A stretch of DNA of 64,000 nt from Squalus acanthias (taxonomy: Eukaryota). The position numbers were made by a program, and so were the translations under genes. Below are positions 23,231 to 36,459 of this stretch, one piece after another. The notes below the pieces were generated by a model. It had not been told where the DNA came from. It searched no databases and saw only the letters and a list, made by a program, of their open reading frames with translations. How positions within the stretch are numbered: position 1 is the first letter of the stretch; every line of letters begins with the position of its first letter. The stretch spans positions 32,490,001 to 32,554,000 of the forward strand of contig CM059432.1 of the NCBI GenBank assembly GCA_030390025.1. The letters are read 5' to 3'.

Positions 23231-26200
23231 CATAGAAACATAGAAGATAGGAGCAGGAGTAGGCCATTCGGCCCCTCGAGCCTGCTCCGCCATTCGATGA
23301 GATCATGGCTGATCATCCAAACTCAGTACCCTGTCCCTGCCTTCTCCCCATATCCCTTGATACCTTTAGCCTTAAGAAATATATCTAACTCCTTCTTGAA
23401 TATATTTACTGACTTGGCCTCAACTGCCTTCTGTGGTAGAGAATTCCACAGGTTCGCCACTCTCTGGGTGAAGAAATTCCTCCTCATCTCAGTCCTAAAT
23501 GGCTTACCCCTTATCTTTAGACTGTGACCTCTTGTTCTGGACTCACCCGCCATCGGGAACATCCTTCCTGCATCCAGTCTGTCTAGCCCTGTTAGAATTT
23601 TATAAGTTTCAATGAGATCTCCTCTCATTCTTCTAAACTCCAGCGAGTATAAGCCCAATCGACCCAATCTCTCCTCGTATGTCATTCCTGCCATCCCAGG
23701 TATCAGTCTGGTGAATCTTCGCTGCACACCCTCCATGGCAAGAACATCCTTCCTCAGATAAGGCGACCAAAACTGCACACAATACTCATGGTGTGGTCTC
23801 ACCAAGGCCTTGTACAGCTGCAGCAAGACATCCTTGTTCCTGTACTCAAACCCTCTCGCTACGAAGGCCAACATACCATTTGCCTTCTTAACCGCCTGCT
23901 GTACCTGAATGCTTACCTTCAGCGACTGGTGCACAAGGACACCCAGGTCTCGTTGCACTTCCGCTTCTCCCAATCTATTGCAGTTCAGATAATCTGCCTT
24001 TCTGTTTTTGCCACCAAAGTGGATAACCTCGCATTTATCCACATTATACTGCATCTGCCATGCTTCTGCCCAATCACCCAACCTGTCCAAATCATACTGG
24101 AGTTTCTTGGCATCCTCCTCGCAGCACACACCCAGCTTTGTGTCATCTGCAAACTTGGAGATATTACATCTAGTTCCCTCGTCTAGATCATTAATATATA
24201 TTGTGAATAGCTGGGGTCCTAGCACCGATCCCTGCGGAACCCCACTAGTCACTGCCTGCCACTCGCAAAAAGACCCGTTTATTCCAACTCTTTGCTTCCT
24301 GTCTGCCAACCAGTTCTCTATCCAAGTCAGTACCTTGCCCCCAATCCCATGTGCCTTAACTTTACACGCTAATCTCTTATGCGGGACCTTATCGAAAGCC
24401 TTCTGAAAGTCCAAATACACCACATCCACTGGTTCCCCCTTATCTATTCTATCAGTTACATCCTCAAAAAATTCCAGTAGATTAGTCGAGCACGATTTAC
24501 CTTTTGTAAATCCATGTTGACTTTGTCCGATCCTGTCACTGTTTTCCAAGTGCTCTGCTATTACATCTTTTATAATGAACTCTAGCATTTTCCCCACTAC
24601 TGATGTCAGGCTTACCGGTCTATAATTCCCCGTTTTCTCTCTACCACCTTTTTTAAATAGTGGGGTTACATTAGTTACCCTCCAATCCATGGGAACTGTT
24701 CCAGAGTCGATAGAATTTTGGAAGATGACCAGCAATGTCAATTTCCCTAACACCATTTCCCTACAAATACTGATTTCATTCAGTTCCTCCCTCTCATTAG
24801 ACCCTATGTTCCCCGACATCTCTGGCAGGTTATTTGTGTTCTCCTTTGTGAAGACCGAGCCAAAGTATGTATTTAATTGGTCTGACATTTCTTTGTTCCC
24901 CATTATAAATTCCCCTGATTCTGACTGCAAGGGACCTATGCTTGACTTCACCAATCTTTTTCTCTTCACATATTTATAAAAGCTTTTACAGTCAGTTTTA
25001 TGTTCCCTGCAAGCTTACGCTCGTACTCTATTTTCCCCCTCTTAATTAATCCCTTTGTCCTCCTTTGCTGAATCCTAAACTGCTCCCAATCCTCAAGTTT
25101 ACTGCTTTTTCTGGCCAATTTATATGTCCTCTCCTTGGATCTTATGCTATCCCTGATTTCCCTTGTCAGCCATGGTTGAGTCACCTTTTTTGTTTTATTT
25201 TTATGCCAGACAGGGATGAACAAATTCTGTAGTTCATCCATGCGATCTTTGAATGTTTGCCATTGCCTATCCACCGTCAACCCTTTGAGTAACATTCTCC
25301 AATCTATCCTACCCAACTTGCGCCTCATACCATCGTAGTTTCCTTTATTTAAATTCAGGACCCTAGTCTCTGAGTCAACTATTTCACTCTCCATCTTAAT
25401 GAAGAATTCGATCATATTATGATCGCTCCGCCCCAAGGGGCCCCGCACAACAAGATTGCTAATTAATCCTTTCTAGTTACATAATACCCAGTCTAAGATG
25501 GCCTGGTCTCTAGTTGGTTCCTCGACATATTGGTCCAGGAAACCATCCTGTATACACTCCAGGAATAATTCCTCCACAGTATTGTTACTAATTTGGTTAG
25601 CCCAATCTATATGTAGATTAAAGTCACCCATGATAACTGCTGTGCCCTTATTGCACGCATCTCTAATTTCCTGTTTAATGCCATCCCCAACCTCTGCATT
25701 ACTGTTTGTGGGTCTGTATACCACTCCCACTAACGTTTTCTGCCCCATGGTATTTCTCAGTTCTACCCATACGGATTCCACATCATCAGAGCTAATATCC
25801 TTCCTTACTATTGTGTTAATCTCCTCTTGAACCAGCAATGCTACCCCACCTCCTTTTCCTTTTTGCCTGTCTTTCCTGAATATCGAATACCCCTGGATGT
25901 TGAATTCCCAGCCTTGGTCACCCTGGAGCCATGTCTCCGTAATCCCAATCATATCATATCCGTTTACCTCTATTAGCACAGTAAATTCATCCACCTTATT
26001 ACGAATGCTCCTCACATTAAGACATAAAGCCTTCAGGCTTGTTTTTTTAACACTTAGACCTTTTAGAATTATTATTTACCGTGGCCATGATTGATTTAAA
26101 CTCTTGATTTCTCTGACTGTCACCTTTGCTTTTCTCCTTCCTGTTTTTTGCTTCTATCCTTGTTTCCCTTTTCTCTGTCTCCCTGCTCAGGTTCCCAACC

Positions 26201-27532
26201 CCCCTGCCATTTTAGTTTAAACCCTCCCCAACAGCACTAGCAAACACTCCCCCTAGGACATCGGTCCCTGCCCAGGTGCAAACCGTCCAGTTTGTACTGG
26301 TCCCACCTCCCCCAGAACCGGTTCCAATGTCCCAGGAATTTGAATTCCTCCCCCTTGCACCATTCCTCTAGCTACATATTCATTTGAAATATCCTTCTAT
26401 TTCTACTCTGACTAGTATGTGGCACTGGTAGCAATCCTGAGATTACTACCTTTTGAGGTCCTATTTTTTAATTTACCTCCTAACTCCCTATATTCTGCTT
26501 TTAGGACCTCATCCCGTTTTTTACCTATATGCACCACGACAACTGGCTGTTCACCCTCCCCCTCCAAAATGCTCTGTAGCCGCTCCGAGACATCCTTGAC
26601 CCTTGCACCAGGGAGGCAACATACCATCCTCGAGTCTCGTTTGCGGCCGCAGAAACGCCTATCTATTCCCCTTACAATAGAATCCCTTATCACTATAGTT
26701 CTCCCACTCTTTTTCCTCCCATCCTGTGCAGCAGAACCACTCACGGTGCCAGGAAGTTGGCTGCTGCTGTCTTCCCCTGATAAGCCATCTCCCTCAACAA
26801 CATCCAAAGCAGTATATCTGTTTGAGAGGGGGATGGCCAAAGGGGACCCCTGCACTACCTGCCTGCACCTCCTACTCTGCCTAGTGGTCACCCATTCCCT
26901 TCCTGCCTGTACAGCCTTTACCTGCGGTGTGACCAACTCTCACGTGCTATCCACGATGTCCTCAGCATCGCGAATACTCCAGTATGCATCCATCCGCAGC
27001 TCCAGTGCCGCAATGCTGTCTGTCAGTAGCTGCAGCTGGATACACTTCCCGCACACATGGTCAACAGGGACACAGGAGGTGTCCCTGATTTCCCACATAG
27101 CGCAGGAGGAGCATACCATGGGGCTGGGCTGTTCTGCCATGACTCACCTTTAATTAATTAATTAATTAATTAATTAATTCAAATTAAATTAAATGAATCC
27201 CACCAATTACACTGCAATTAAATGATATACTCAAGGGCCCTTGCTTAACAGTAGTCCCCGCTACACAACAGAGACCTTAGAAACCATAAAATTTATGTTT
27301 AGAAAAATTGAGAAAGAAATACTCACCAACCAATCACTTACCTGCTTTTTGGTGACGTCACACTTCGATTACTTTTTGCTTCCCTCTCCCGGAACCTGGA
27401 TTGGTAAGCCTACCTGCCTCGGGCTCGCCTTTTGTACCGCCGCTCCCTCGCAGGTCCGCTTGCCGCCGCTGCTCTGGGGCCTACCTGCTTCGGGCTCGCC
27501 TTTTGTACCGTCGCCGCTCCGCTCGCCGCCGC
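23231..27532 (-). mobile_element. Near full-length CR1 LINE: 5' UTR, ORF1 (Zn finger plus SGNH esterase-like), ORF2 (APE-RT) with frameshifts
   Basis: ORFs 26940..27140 (CSSC...CGKC), 26412..26936, 25473..26015 (ITETWL, MGDFN), 24966..25448 and 23323..24969 (548 aa RT); (CTATGTTT) tail; candidate TSD TGCAA at 23226-30 and 27533-37. Confidence 0.95.
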
Positions 27533-27672
27533 TGCAAACAAGATGGCGCTGCTACCTCCAGGAAAATATAAACATTTCATTTTTTCAGGCTGCTGTTGGG
27601 CTGAGTCTGCCTGTAAAGCCTAATTGTGCTGGCTTCTACCTACAATTTAAAGGAGTTTTGTGTTTCTATGGT

Positions 27673-27985
27673 ACAATGATAGCAGGGATGAGGGACTTCC
27701 GTTATGTGGAGAGACTAGAGAAGCTGGGATTGTTCTCCTTCGAGCAGAGAAGGTTAAGGGGAGAATTTACACAGTGAGTTATGATGATCTGGATTGCACT
27801 GTCTGAAAGGGCGGTGGAAGCCGATTGAGTAGTAACTTAAAAAGGGACTTCTATATATACTTGAAAAGGAAAAAATTGCAGGGCTGTGGGGAAAGAGCAG
27901 GGGACTAATTGGATAGCTCTTTCAAAGTGCTGGCACAGGTAGGGTGGGCTGAATGGTCTCCTGTGCTATATCATTCTATGGTGCT
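27673..27985 (+). mobile_element. CR1 3' fragment
   Basis: YVERLEKLGLFSFEQRRLRG plus 3' UTR. Confidence 0.8.
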
Positions 27986-28285
27986 GTAAAATCTGCCGTT
28001 CAATATAAACAACAGTCTTCACATTTCAAGAAAGCTTGGGCAGTAAGTGGTTAAAAGATCACAAGAAATACAAATTAGGAAGTCCGTTCAGCCTGTCTTA
28101 ATCATCCATTTAGAAAGACTACAGTAACATTGCCTGACCCACCATCAGGTTTCTTAAATGATCCCAACATTTCTGCCTCGATTTCATGTGTTGATCACTT
28201 GTTGCATGAAGAACTTCCTGACATCAATTCAAAATTTGTACCTCATTAGTTCAACATGTGATCCTAGTTTTCTGTTGTGGTTTAC

Positions 28286-30085
28286 TTTTTTTAATTTGTT
28301 CATGGGATCTGGGCGTCGCTGGCAAGGCCAGCATTTATCGCCCATCCCTCACTGCCCTTGAGAAGGTGGTGGTGAGCCGCAGCCTTGAACTACTGCAGTC
28401 CATGCAGTGAAGGTACTCCCACAGTGCTGTTGGGGAGGGAGTTCCAGGAATTTGACCCAGCGACGATGAAGCAACGGCGATATACTTGCAAGTCAGGATG
28501 GTGTGTGACTTGGAGGGGAACTTGAAGGTGGTGGTGTTTCCATGCGCCTGCTGCCCTTGTCCTAGATGGAAGAGGTCGTGGGTTTGGGAGGTGCTGCAGA
28601 AGGAGCCTTGGCGAGTCACTGCAGTGCATCGTGTAGATGGTACACACTGCAGCCACGGTACGCTGGTGGTGGAGGGAGTGAATGTTTAAGGTGGTGGATG
28701 GGGTGCCAATCAAGCGGGCTGCTTTGTCCTGGATGGTGTCGAGCTTCTTGAATGTTGTTGGAGCTGCACTCATCCAGGCAAGTGGAGAGTATTCCATCAC
28801 ACTCCTTACTTGTGCCTTGTAGATGGTGGAAAGGCTTTGGGGAGTCAGGAGGTGAGACACTCGCCACAGAATACCTAGCCTCTGACCTGCTCTTGTTGTC
28901 ACAGTATTTATTTGGTTGGTCCAGTTAAGTTTCTGGTCAATGGTGACCCCCCCCCCCCCACCCCAGGAGTTGGTGGGGGATTCAGCGATGGTAATGCTGT
29001 TGAATGTCATGGGGCGGTGGTTAGACTCTTGCTTGTTGGAGATAGTCATTGCCCTGGCACTTGTGTGGCGTGAATGTTACCTGTCACTTATTAGCCCATG
29101 CCTGAATGTCGTCCAGGTCTTGTTGCATGTGGGCATGGACTGCTTCATTATTTGAGGAGTTGCGAATGGCACTGAACACTGCAGTCATCAGCGAACATCC
29201 CCATTTTTGACCTTATCATGGAGGGAAGGTCATTGATGAAGCAGCTGAAGATGGTTGGGCCTAGGACACTGCCCTGAGGAATTCTGTGCCCTTGCTACTC
29301 TCAGTGCTTCTTCCAAGTGGTGTTCAACATGGAGGAGTACTGATTCATCAGCTGAGGGAGGGTGGTAGGTGGTAATCAGCAGGAGGTTTCCTTGCTCATG
29401 CTTGACCTGAAGCCATGAGACTTCATGGGCTCCGGAGTCAATGTTGAGGACTCCCAGGTTCACTCCTTCCTGACTGTATACCACTGTGCCGCCACCCCTG
29501 GTGGGTCTATCCTGCTGGTGGGGCAGGACATACCCAGGGATGGTGATTGAGGAGTTTGGGACATTGGCTGAAAGGTATGATTCTGTGAGTGTGACTAGGT
29601 CAGGCTGTTGCTTGACTAGTCTGTGGGACAGCTCTCCCAATTTTGGCACAAGTCCCCAGATGTTGGTGAGGAGGGCTTTGCAGGGTCAACTGGGCTGGGT
29701 GTGCCGTTGCTGTGTCCATAGCCAGTGCCGAGGTCGATGCCGGGTGGTCCGTCTGGTTTTATTATTGTGTTTCGTAGCGGTTTTTTACAACTGAGTGGCT
29801 TGCTAGGCCATTTCAGAGGACAGTTAAGAGTCAACCACATTGTGGGTCTGAAGTCACATACAGGCCAGACCAGGTAAGGATGGCAGATTTCCTTTCTTAA
29901 AGGACATTAGTGAACCAGTTGGGTTTTTACGACAATCCGATCGTTTCATGGTTCCCATTACTGATACTAGCTTTTTTTTAAAATTCCAGATTTATTTAAT
30001 TAACTGAATTTAAATTCCCCAGCTGCTGTGGTGGGATTTGAACTCATGTCTCTGGATCATTAATCCAGGCCTCTGGATTACTAGT
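28286..30085 (-). mobile_element. Internally deleted LINE (CR1/L2 group) with tRNA-like 5' head
   Basis: APE fragment (ORF 29230..29649) joined to [10 protein letters not shown]...FADD and C-terminus (ORF 28390..29049); head matches the SINE at 15920-16187. Confidence 0.85.
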
Positions 30086-31183
30086 TTTGAAGGGTTTGAA
30101 CGTGCCCTTTGTTACTCGGTGAACAGCATTACGTGGAATTGTATAAAAATTACAACATGGAAACCGTCTGTGTTGGTGTTTGTTTGAATGCTTTAAGATT
30201 TAATGTTTGAGTGCTTTAAGATGATTCACTAGTCAAACTATTCCAGCAGCCTTTCGCTTAGGTTTGTATTATATCAATATGGGAGAAAGAGCCCACAGAA
30301 TCTTGTCTCTATTCCGAGACAGCACATACCACAGTAAGAGATAAGCTACACACTTGCTATATGATAAACAAAACTTGTAGCACAGAGGCAAAATCTGGGT
30401 AAACACCTAAAAATGTCCTTTTCTATGTTATGGGCAGATGTAGCTCAAGATAGCCCAATAGTGTAAGAATGGGACATATTTCTTCTATTAGTCAGATAAA
30501 CATCTCCTGGACAGACAGAAGCCCACAGCCACCCTAGAGAGGGAGTAATTCGGGTCTGGAAAACCAGGTTGTATTATTTGCATGTCAACTTGTGATTTAA
30601 TATAATGCTGTCGAACAGTTCTATTAAATCTATTACTGTTATTAGTCAATGTAATAAAGCTTGTTATTAGAAAAACACTCGTATGAATCTTAAGCAGAGT
30701 TATTGTCGCTGGACTAACAGCCTTTCTGTAGAAAAATGGTCAAACCTGATTCCAAAATATGACAGTCAGTAAGAGGCAGAATGTAGATGAGGGAAAGGTG
30801 GGGCCAAGGATGGATTCTTGAGGGATTCTGGAGGTGATGGTGTGGGGAAGGGAAGAGAAATGATTACTGGAGATGCTTTTACTGTATACAGATAGGAAAG
30901 GAACCATACAAAGTCAGTCCTGTGAAGCTAGGAAACAATCTTTCATAATCCTATTAATGTTTAAGGGAGAACTAAAGGATATGTAATGCGTGCAAGAAAT
31001 TATATTTTCATCAGGTATGAGAAGAGAGGTGCACTTCTGAAAGTTAGGATACTGGGGAGGGGGATCTCTGTATTTCAATTGTCTGTGCCACAGCTAACAT
31101 TTGTATTGTAATTAAGAGGTGAAGAAGTAGTGGATAAAAGATTATTTTATAGTCCTCTAAACATGTTATCACTTCTTTTTCAG

Positions 31184-31258
31184 TATATTTTGAAACATTA
31201 CGGTGAAAATCCTGACAACTACAGTGAGGAACTGAAGAAACTCGATCAGCTCAGACAT
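31184..31258 (+). CDS. PTPN23: PTPN23 exon 2 (YILKHYGENPDNYSEELKKLDQLRH)
   Basis: tttttcag acceptor, gtaggt donor, 75 nt, homologous to human FVLKNYGENPEAYNEELKKLELLRQ. Confidence 0.95.
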
Positions 31259-32516
31259 GTAGGTGCCTAATAGCAGATTACTGCTGAATGCTGCCTTTGG
31301 CTGATGTAGCACTAAAACAACTCGTTTGTTTACTTGGAATAGTTTCTGTATTGTTTGCTCTGTGTAGTGTTCCTGCCCATGTGATTATTTTTAGTTTAAC
31401 CCCCCCTCATTGCTGGTACAGTAAAACTTCTGAAATACACAACCTGCCTTGCCAAAGTAATATATAGGAAAAAATGCCATGGAGATTTATTTTCAACTAT
31501 ATTGGTAATCTACACTAGATTAAATTAAAAAATAAGTTCTGTTTTATATCTAATGCAATTTTTCATTCACATTATGCTGCCAACCACCTTTGCCAAGCAG
31601 TGAACGAGGTGGCATTGCTGCCTCCAGCAGGTGTGCCTCCTACTAAAAGAGGTGGTTTTCCAGAGCACCTTCAGCAGCTGTGCTAATGGGAGAAGCATCA
31701 ACAGCGGAGGTAACTCACCTGTTAAAAGCCAATGAAGTGGGTATTGCACTCACTGGCCCCGTATGTACTTTCCCAACCACCCTGGGAAAGCCGAACTGCC
31801 AGGAACAAAGTCATGAATCACAATGTCAAAATAACTCTCTCGAGTTTTTCAGCTGCAGTGCTGCAGAATACATTGCGCAATATAAACAGGTTGTTTTCCA
31901 GATCAGGACACTGAGTCATCATTGGGGCACTACACCTTGAGATTGGTGTCGTTTAAATGCATCGTAACGTTGTTAGTTTCTTTACTTTTTTAAACTTGCG
32001 TAATGCAGCATGCATGGGAGCACTTGAAAGAATTAGTGACTGATCTAGAAACTAAACACAGATGATAGAGGTCATTTGGCTTTTCTTGGCTGCACTGAAT
32101 TTAGGACCTCTGTGGGCTTAGTTTTCTGTATTTTCCCCAAACTAATCCTATTTTTCTTTCTCCCCATCTATATACTTTTAAATTATCCAGTACCTCTTTG
32201 AATGCTGCACTTCAATAACGGCACGAAAAAGTTGCTTCTAATCTCTTCCTTTTGTGATCATGGGCTCATCTGTTCAATTTACCTAACAGTCGAAATAATA
32301 TATCCGAGTTTAGCGTCCTATACCAGAGCTGGGTTTTATATAAAGTCACAAATATCAACTGTTGGGAAGTAGCAACATAACGTTTCTCATTTGCCCTTTC
32401 TTTCACACCTAAGACCAGTCTGATAGTCCATCATTACTGCCAGTCTGCGCATCACACGTTTCCCGAGCAGTACAGAATTTTTTCTTTTACGGAATGTTAT
32501 TTCTCCATTCCTCTAG

Positions 32517-34570
32517 GGCATAAAAACCCAAAAGGAAAAGTGATCCAACCATGGCTAACAAAAGATTTTAAGCTAGTATTAAGTCAAAGGAAGAAGCCTA
32601 TAAAGTTGCCAGAAAAAGCGGTCAGCCTCAGGATTGGGATCTTTTTAGAAATCAGCAAAGGAGGACCAAGAAATTGATAAAGAAAGGGAAAATGGAATAT
32701 GAGCACAAACTAGCAAAAAATATAAAAACGGATTGTAAAAGCATCTATAGGTATGTGAAAAGGAAAAGACTGGCGAAGGTAAATTTAGGTCCTTTACAGT
32801 CAGAGACGGGAGAATTTATAATGTGGAATGAGGAAATGGCTAAGAAATTAAATAAATACTTTTTGTTTCTGTCTTCACGGAGGAAGACACACAAAAAACC
32901 TCCCAGAAATACGAGAAAACCAAGGGTGTGATGAGAATGAGGAACTTAAAGAAATTATTAGTAAAAAAAACAGTACTAGCAAAATTAATGGGACTAAAAG
33001 TCGATAAATCCCAAGGACCGGATGACCTACATCCCAGGGTTTTGAAAGAGGTGGCCATTGGAATAGTGGACGCATTGGTTGTCATCTTCCAGAATCTATA
33101 GAATTTTGGAACAGTTCCTGCAGATTGGAGGATAGCAAATGTAACCCCGCTATTTAAGAAAGGAGGGAGCGAAAATGGGGAACGACAGACCCGTTAGCCT
33201 CGCATCAGTAGTTGGGAAAATGCTGGAATCTATTATAAAGGATGCAATAACTGGGCACTTAGAAACTAATAGTAAGATTGGGCAGAGTCAACATGGATTT
33301 ATGAAAGGGAAATCCTGTTTGGCAAACCTATTGGAGTTCTTTTGAGGATGTAACTAGTGGAGTAGACAAAGGGGAACCGGTAGATGTGTTGTATCTGGAT
33401 TCAGAAGGCCTTCGATAAGGTCCCACACAAGAGGTTGGTGAACAAAATTAGGGCACGTGGAATTGGGGGTAATATACTAGCATGGATTGAGAATTGGTTA
33501 ACAGACAGAAAACAAAGAGTAGGGATAAACGGGTCTTTTTCAGGATGGCAGGCTGTGACTAGTGGGGTACCACAAGGATCGGTGCTTGGGCCCCAGCTAT
33601 TCACAATCTATATCAATGATTTGGATGAGGGGGCTAAATGTAACATTTCCAAATTTGCTGATGACACAAAGCTAGGTGGCGGTGTCAGTTGCGAAGAGGA
33701 TGTGAAGAGGCTTCAAGGGGATCTCGACAGGCTCAGTGAGTGGGCGAGAACATGGCAGGTGGAATATAATGTGGATAAATGTGAAGTTATCCACTTTGGT
33801 AGAAAAAAACAAAGGCAGAGTATTTCCAAAATGATGAAAGATTGGGGAATGCAGATGCTCAAAGGGACCTGGGTGTCCTTGTACATGAGTCACTGAAAGT
33901 GAATGTGCAGGTGCAGCAAGCCATTAGGAAGGCAAATGGTATGCTGGCCTTCATTACAAGTGGATTTGAGTACAGGAGTAAAGAAGTCTTACTCCAATTA
34001 TATAGGGCCTTGGTCAGACCACACCTGGAGTACCAGTTTTGGTCTCCTTACCTAAGGAAGGATATACTTGCCATAGAGGGAGTGCAACGAAGGTTCACGA
34101 GATTGATTCCTGGGATGGCGGGACTGTCGTATAAGAAGAGATTGAGTAAACTAGGCCTGTGTTCTCTTGAATTCAGAAGAATGAGAGGGGAATCTCATTG
34201 AAGCATACAAAATTATTACAGGGCTTGATAGGATGGATGCTGGGAGAATGTTTCCCTTGGCTGGGGAGTCTAGAACCAGGGGCCACAGCCTCAAGATAAA
34301 GGGTAGGCCATTAAGGACTGAGATGAGAAGAAATTTCTTCACACAGAGGGTGGTGAATCTTTGGAATTCTCTACCCGAGGGCTGTGGAGGCTCAGTCATT
34401 GGGTATATTCAAAACAGAAGTCGATAGATTTCTGACTAGTAAGGGCATCAAGGGATATGGCGATAGGACCGATGAATGGAGTTGAGGCAGAGGATCAACC
34501 ATGATCTCGTTGAATGGCGGAGCAGGCTCGAAGGGCCGAATGGCTTACTCCTGCTCCTATTTCTTATGTT
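32517..34570 (+). mobile_element. 5'-truncated CR1 LINE (RT)
   Basis: ORFs 32674..32931, 33384..33896 and 33842..34201; 3' UTR and tail. Confidence 0.93.
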
Positions 34571-35135
34571 CCCTTTCTGGGCTGCTATGACGATATAAGG
34601 CAACCTGCTTTGGGGCAGTTACTTGAGCTGTTCTGACTGATAGTGCCCAAAGAACAGCTTCAGGAGGTGTTCTTCTCCTGTAGAAGGGTGCTGTCTACCC
34701 AAGAGTACTGCAACTGACTAGTACTTTAATGTATGGAGAGTTTCAAAAAATTAACATAATCCCCATGCTGGCACCCATCCCATATGTCTGAATTGGCAGT
34801 GAAATTGCTCGTATTGTAATTCTGGCACCGACAACCATTCAGATTAAATTATGAAAATGGAACTGCATGCTATTGATTCTGCAAAACCACACTGCAGCTG
34901 TGTATTCCTGTCCACTTGCAGTCTTGACTTCATTCCTCAGGCGGTATTCAGACTTAATAGGCTCACTAGTGTTTCAGTGCAGCTGACCAAGGGGGAGGTA
35001 ACATGATGCTATGCCAGACGTACCTTGGCGGTCCATGGTTTTTTTTAGTACTTGAGAGAATTGGAAGTAATTGTTGCTGATTTTTAGCGCTGCCAGTGTA
35101 TAATATAAGTTAGGGAAATTTTTGATTGTTAAAAC

Positions 35136-35575
35136 TCAATAACAACTTTCATTTATATAGCACCTCCTAACATTAAAAAAATTCCAAGGGCACTTCACCG
35201 AGGCATAGATTAAAATAAAATGGATACTGTGTTGAAGAAGGAAATATTTGGAGGGTTGACTAAAAGCTTGATCAAAGAGCTGGGTTTTAAAGGAGAGGGA
35301 GGTGGAGTGGCAGGAGGATTTAGGGAGAATTGCAGAGCGTGTGGGCCTAAGCAGCTGAAGGCCAATGGTGGAACAAAGGGAGGGGGAGATGCACAAGAGT
35401 TCTGAGTTGGAGGAAGAGAGTTCTGGGGGAGGGGGAATTCTAGGGCCAGAGGAGGTTAGTGATGAGATGGGACACGGCCATGTAGGCATTTAAGCACAAA
35501 GATGAGAATTTTAAATGTGCCGTTGAGAGACCAGGTGCCAATCTAGGTCGGCAAGGACAGGGGTGATGGCTGAGG
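35136..35575 (-). mobile_element. L2 3' fragment
   Basis: Reverse complement of the 11600-11998 type tail. Confidence 0.75.
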
Positions 35576-36297
35576 AGTTCAAATCTACTGCAAATTTAAA
35601 TTTTTGGCATTTGCCACAAATGTAGCTTTAGATTGTGCAACATATCCTTTGTGCTAATAATTTCTGATTTTTAGTATTGTATGCAATAAAATTCACCATG
35701 TATTCTGTTTCTTTTTTAAACATATGAAGTTCAGGATCAACTAAAGTCCAGATCTGCTTGCGTCTAGTTGCCCTTTCATCCTTTGTGTCTAGCTTCATTT
35801 AGTGAAAATTTTAATGGCAGTGTTGAAGAAAAATTACGTATTACGTACCGACTTTGAATGGATTGCATGGACTTCCATTCCTTGTTACATCACGGAGAGG
35901 ATCAGCATCAGTTATTTCTTCATGAATTTGAACAACTCATATTATAATTAAAAGTAGTTTTTTTTTAAGATCAAAAATCCTAGGTTAGGTGTAATAGTAC
36001 AGGATAGCACCAAAGGAAGAGAAGGCACGGTAAAGCAAGAAATACTGTATAGGTGACAAGCTTGGCTTTTAAAAGATTGGATGAGGAAAGGAAAAACTGA
36101 GGGAGGTCAGGCATTCTCAGTCTCTGTTGATCTTCATGATGCACAGGGTTACCTACAACTTAACCTTTCATATCCAGTAAGACCTAATGTTTTTAGGTGC
36201 CACTTGAGATAAAAGAAATACAAATGGTGCATGAAAGCAAATTTTTATATCTGTTTAAAATTGTCAGGTAGTAACCTAAACACTTATTGTGTTGCAG

Positions 36298-36425
36298 AGT
36301 GCTGTGAATGTTACGAGAGACTTTGAAGGATGCAGTACATTGAGGAAGTACTTTGGCCAGCTTCACTATTTGCAGAGTCGCATTCCCATGGGGTCAGGAG
36401 AGGAGGCGGCTGTCCCAGTCACTTG
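36298..36425 (+). CDS. PTPN23: PTPN23 exon 3 (SAVNVTRDFEGCSTLRKYFGQLHYLQSRIPMGSGEEAAVPVTW)
   Basis: AG/GT boundaries, 128 nt, frame continuous with neighbouring exons, Bro1 domain sequence. Confidence 0.96.
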
Positions 36426-36459
36426 GTAAGAACAGGTTTTTTTCCCCCCCTAGGATTTT

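Noticed and set aside
23788..24406. Plus-strand ORFs such as 24008..24406, and similar ORFs at 1017, 2356, 26419 and 41812
   Set aside because: Antisense shadows of CR1 reading frames
27407..27530. Spaced direct repeats that might suggest a CRISPR-like array
   Set aside because: Only two tandem units in a CR1 5' UTR within a vertebrate intron; no unique spacers or cas genes
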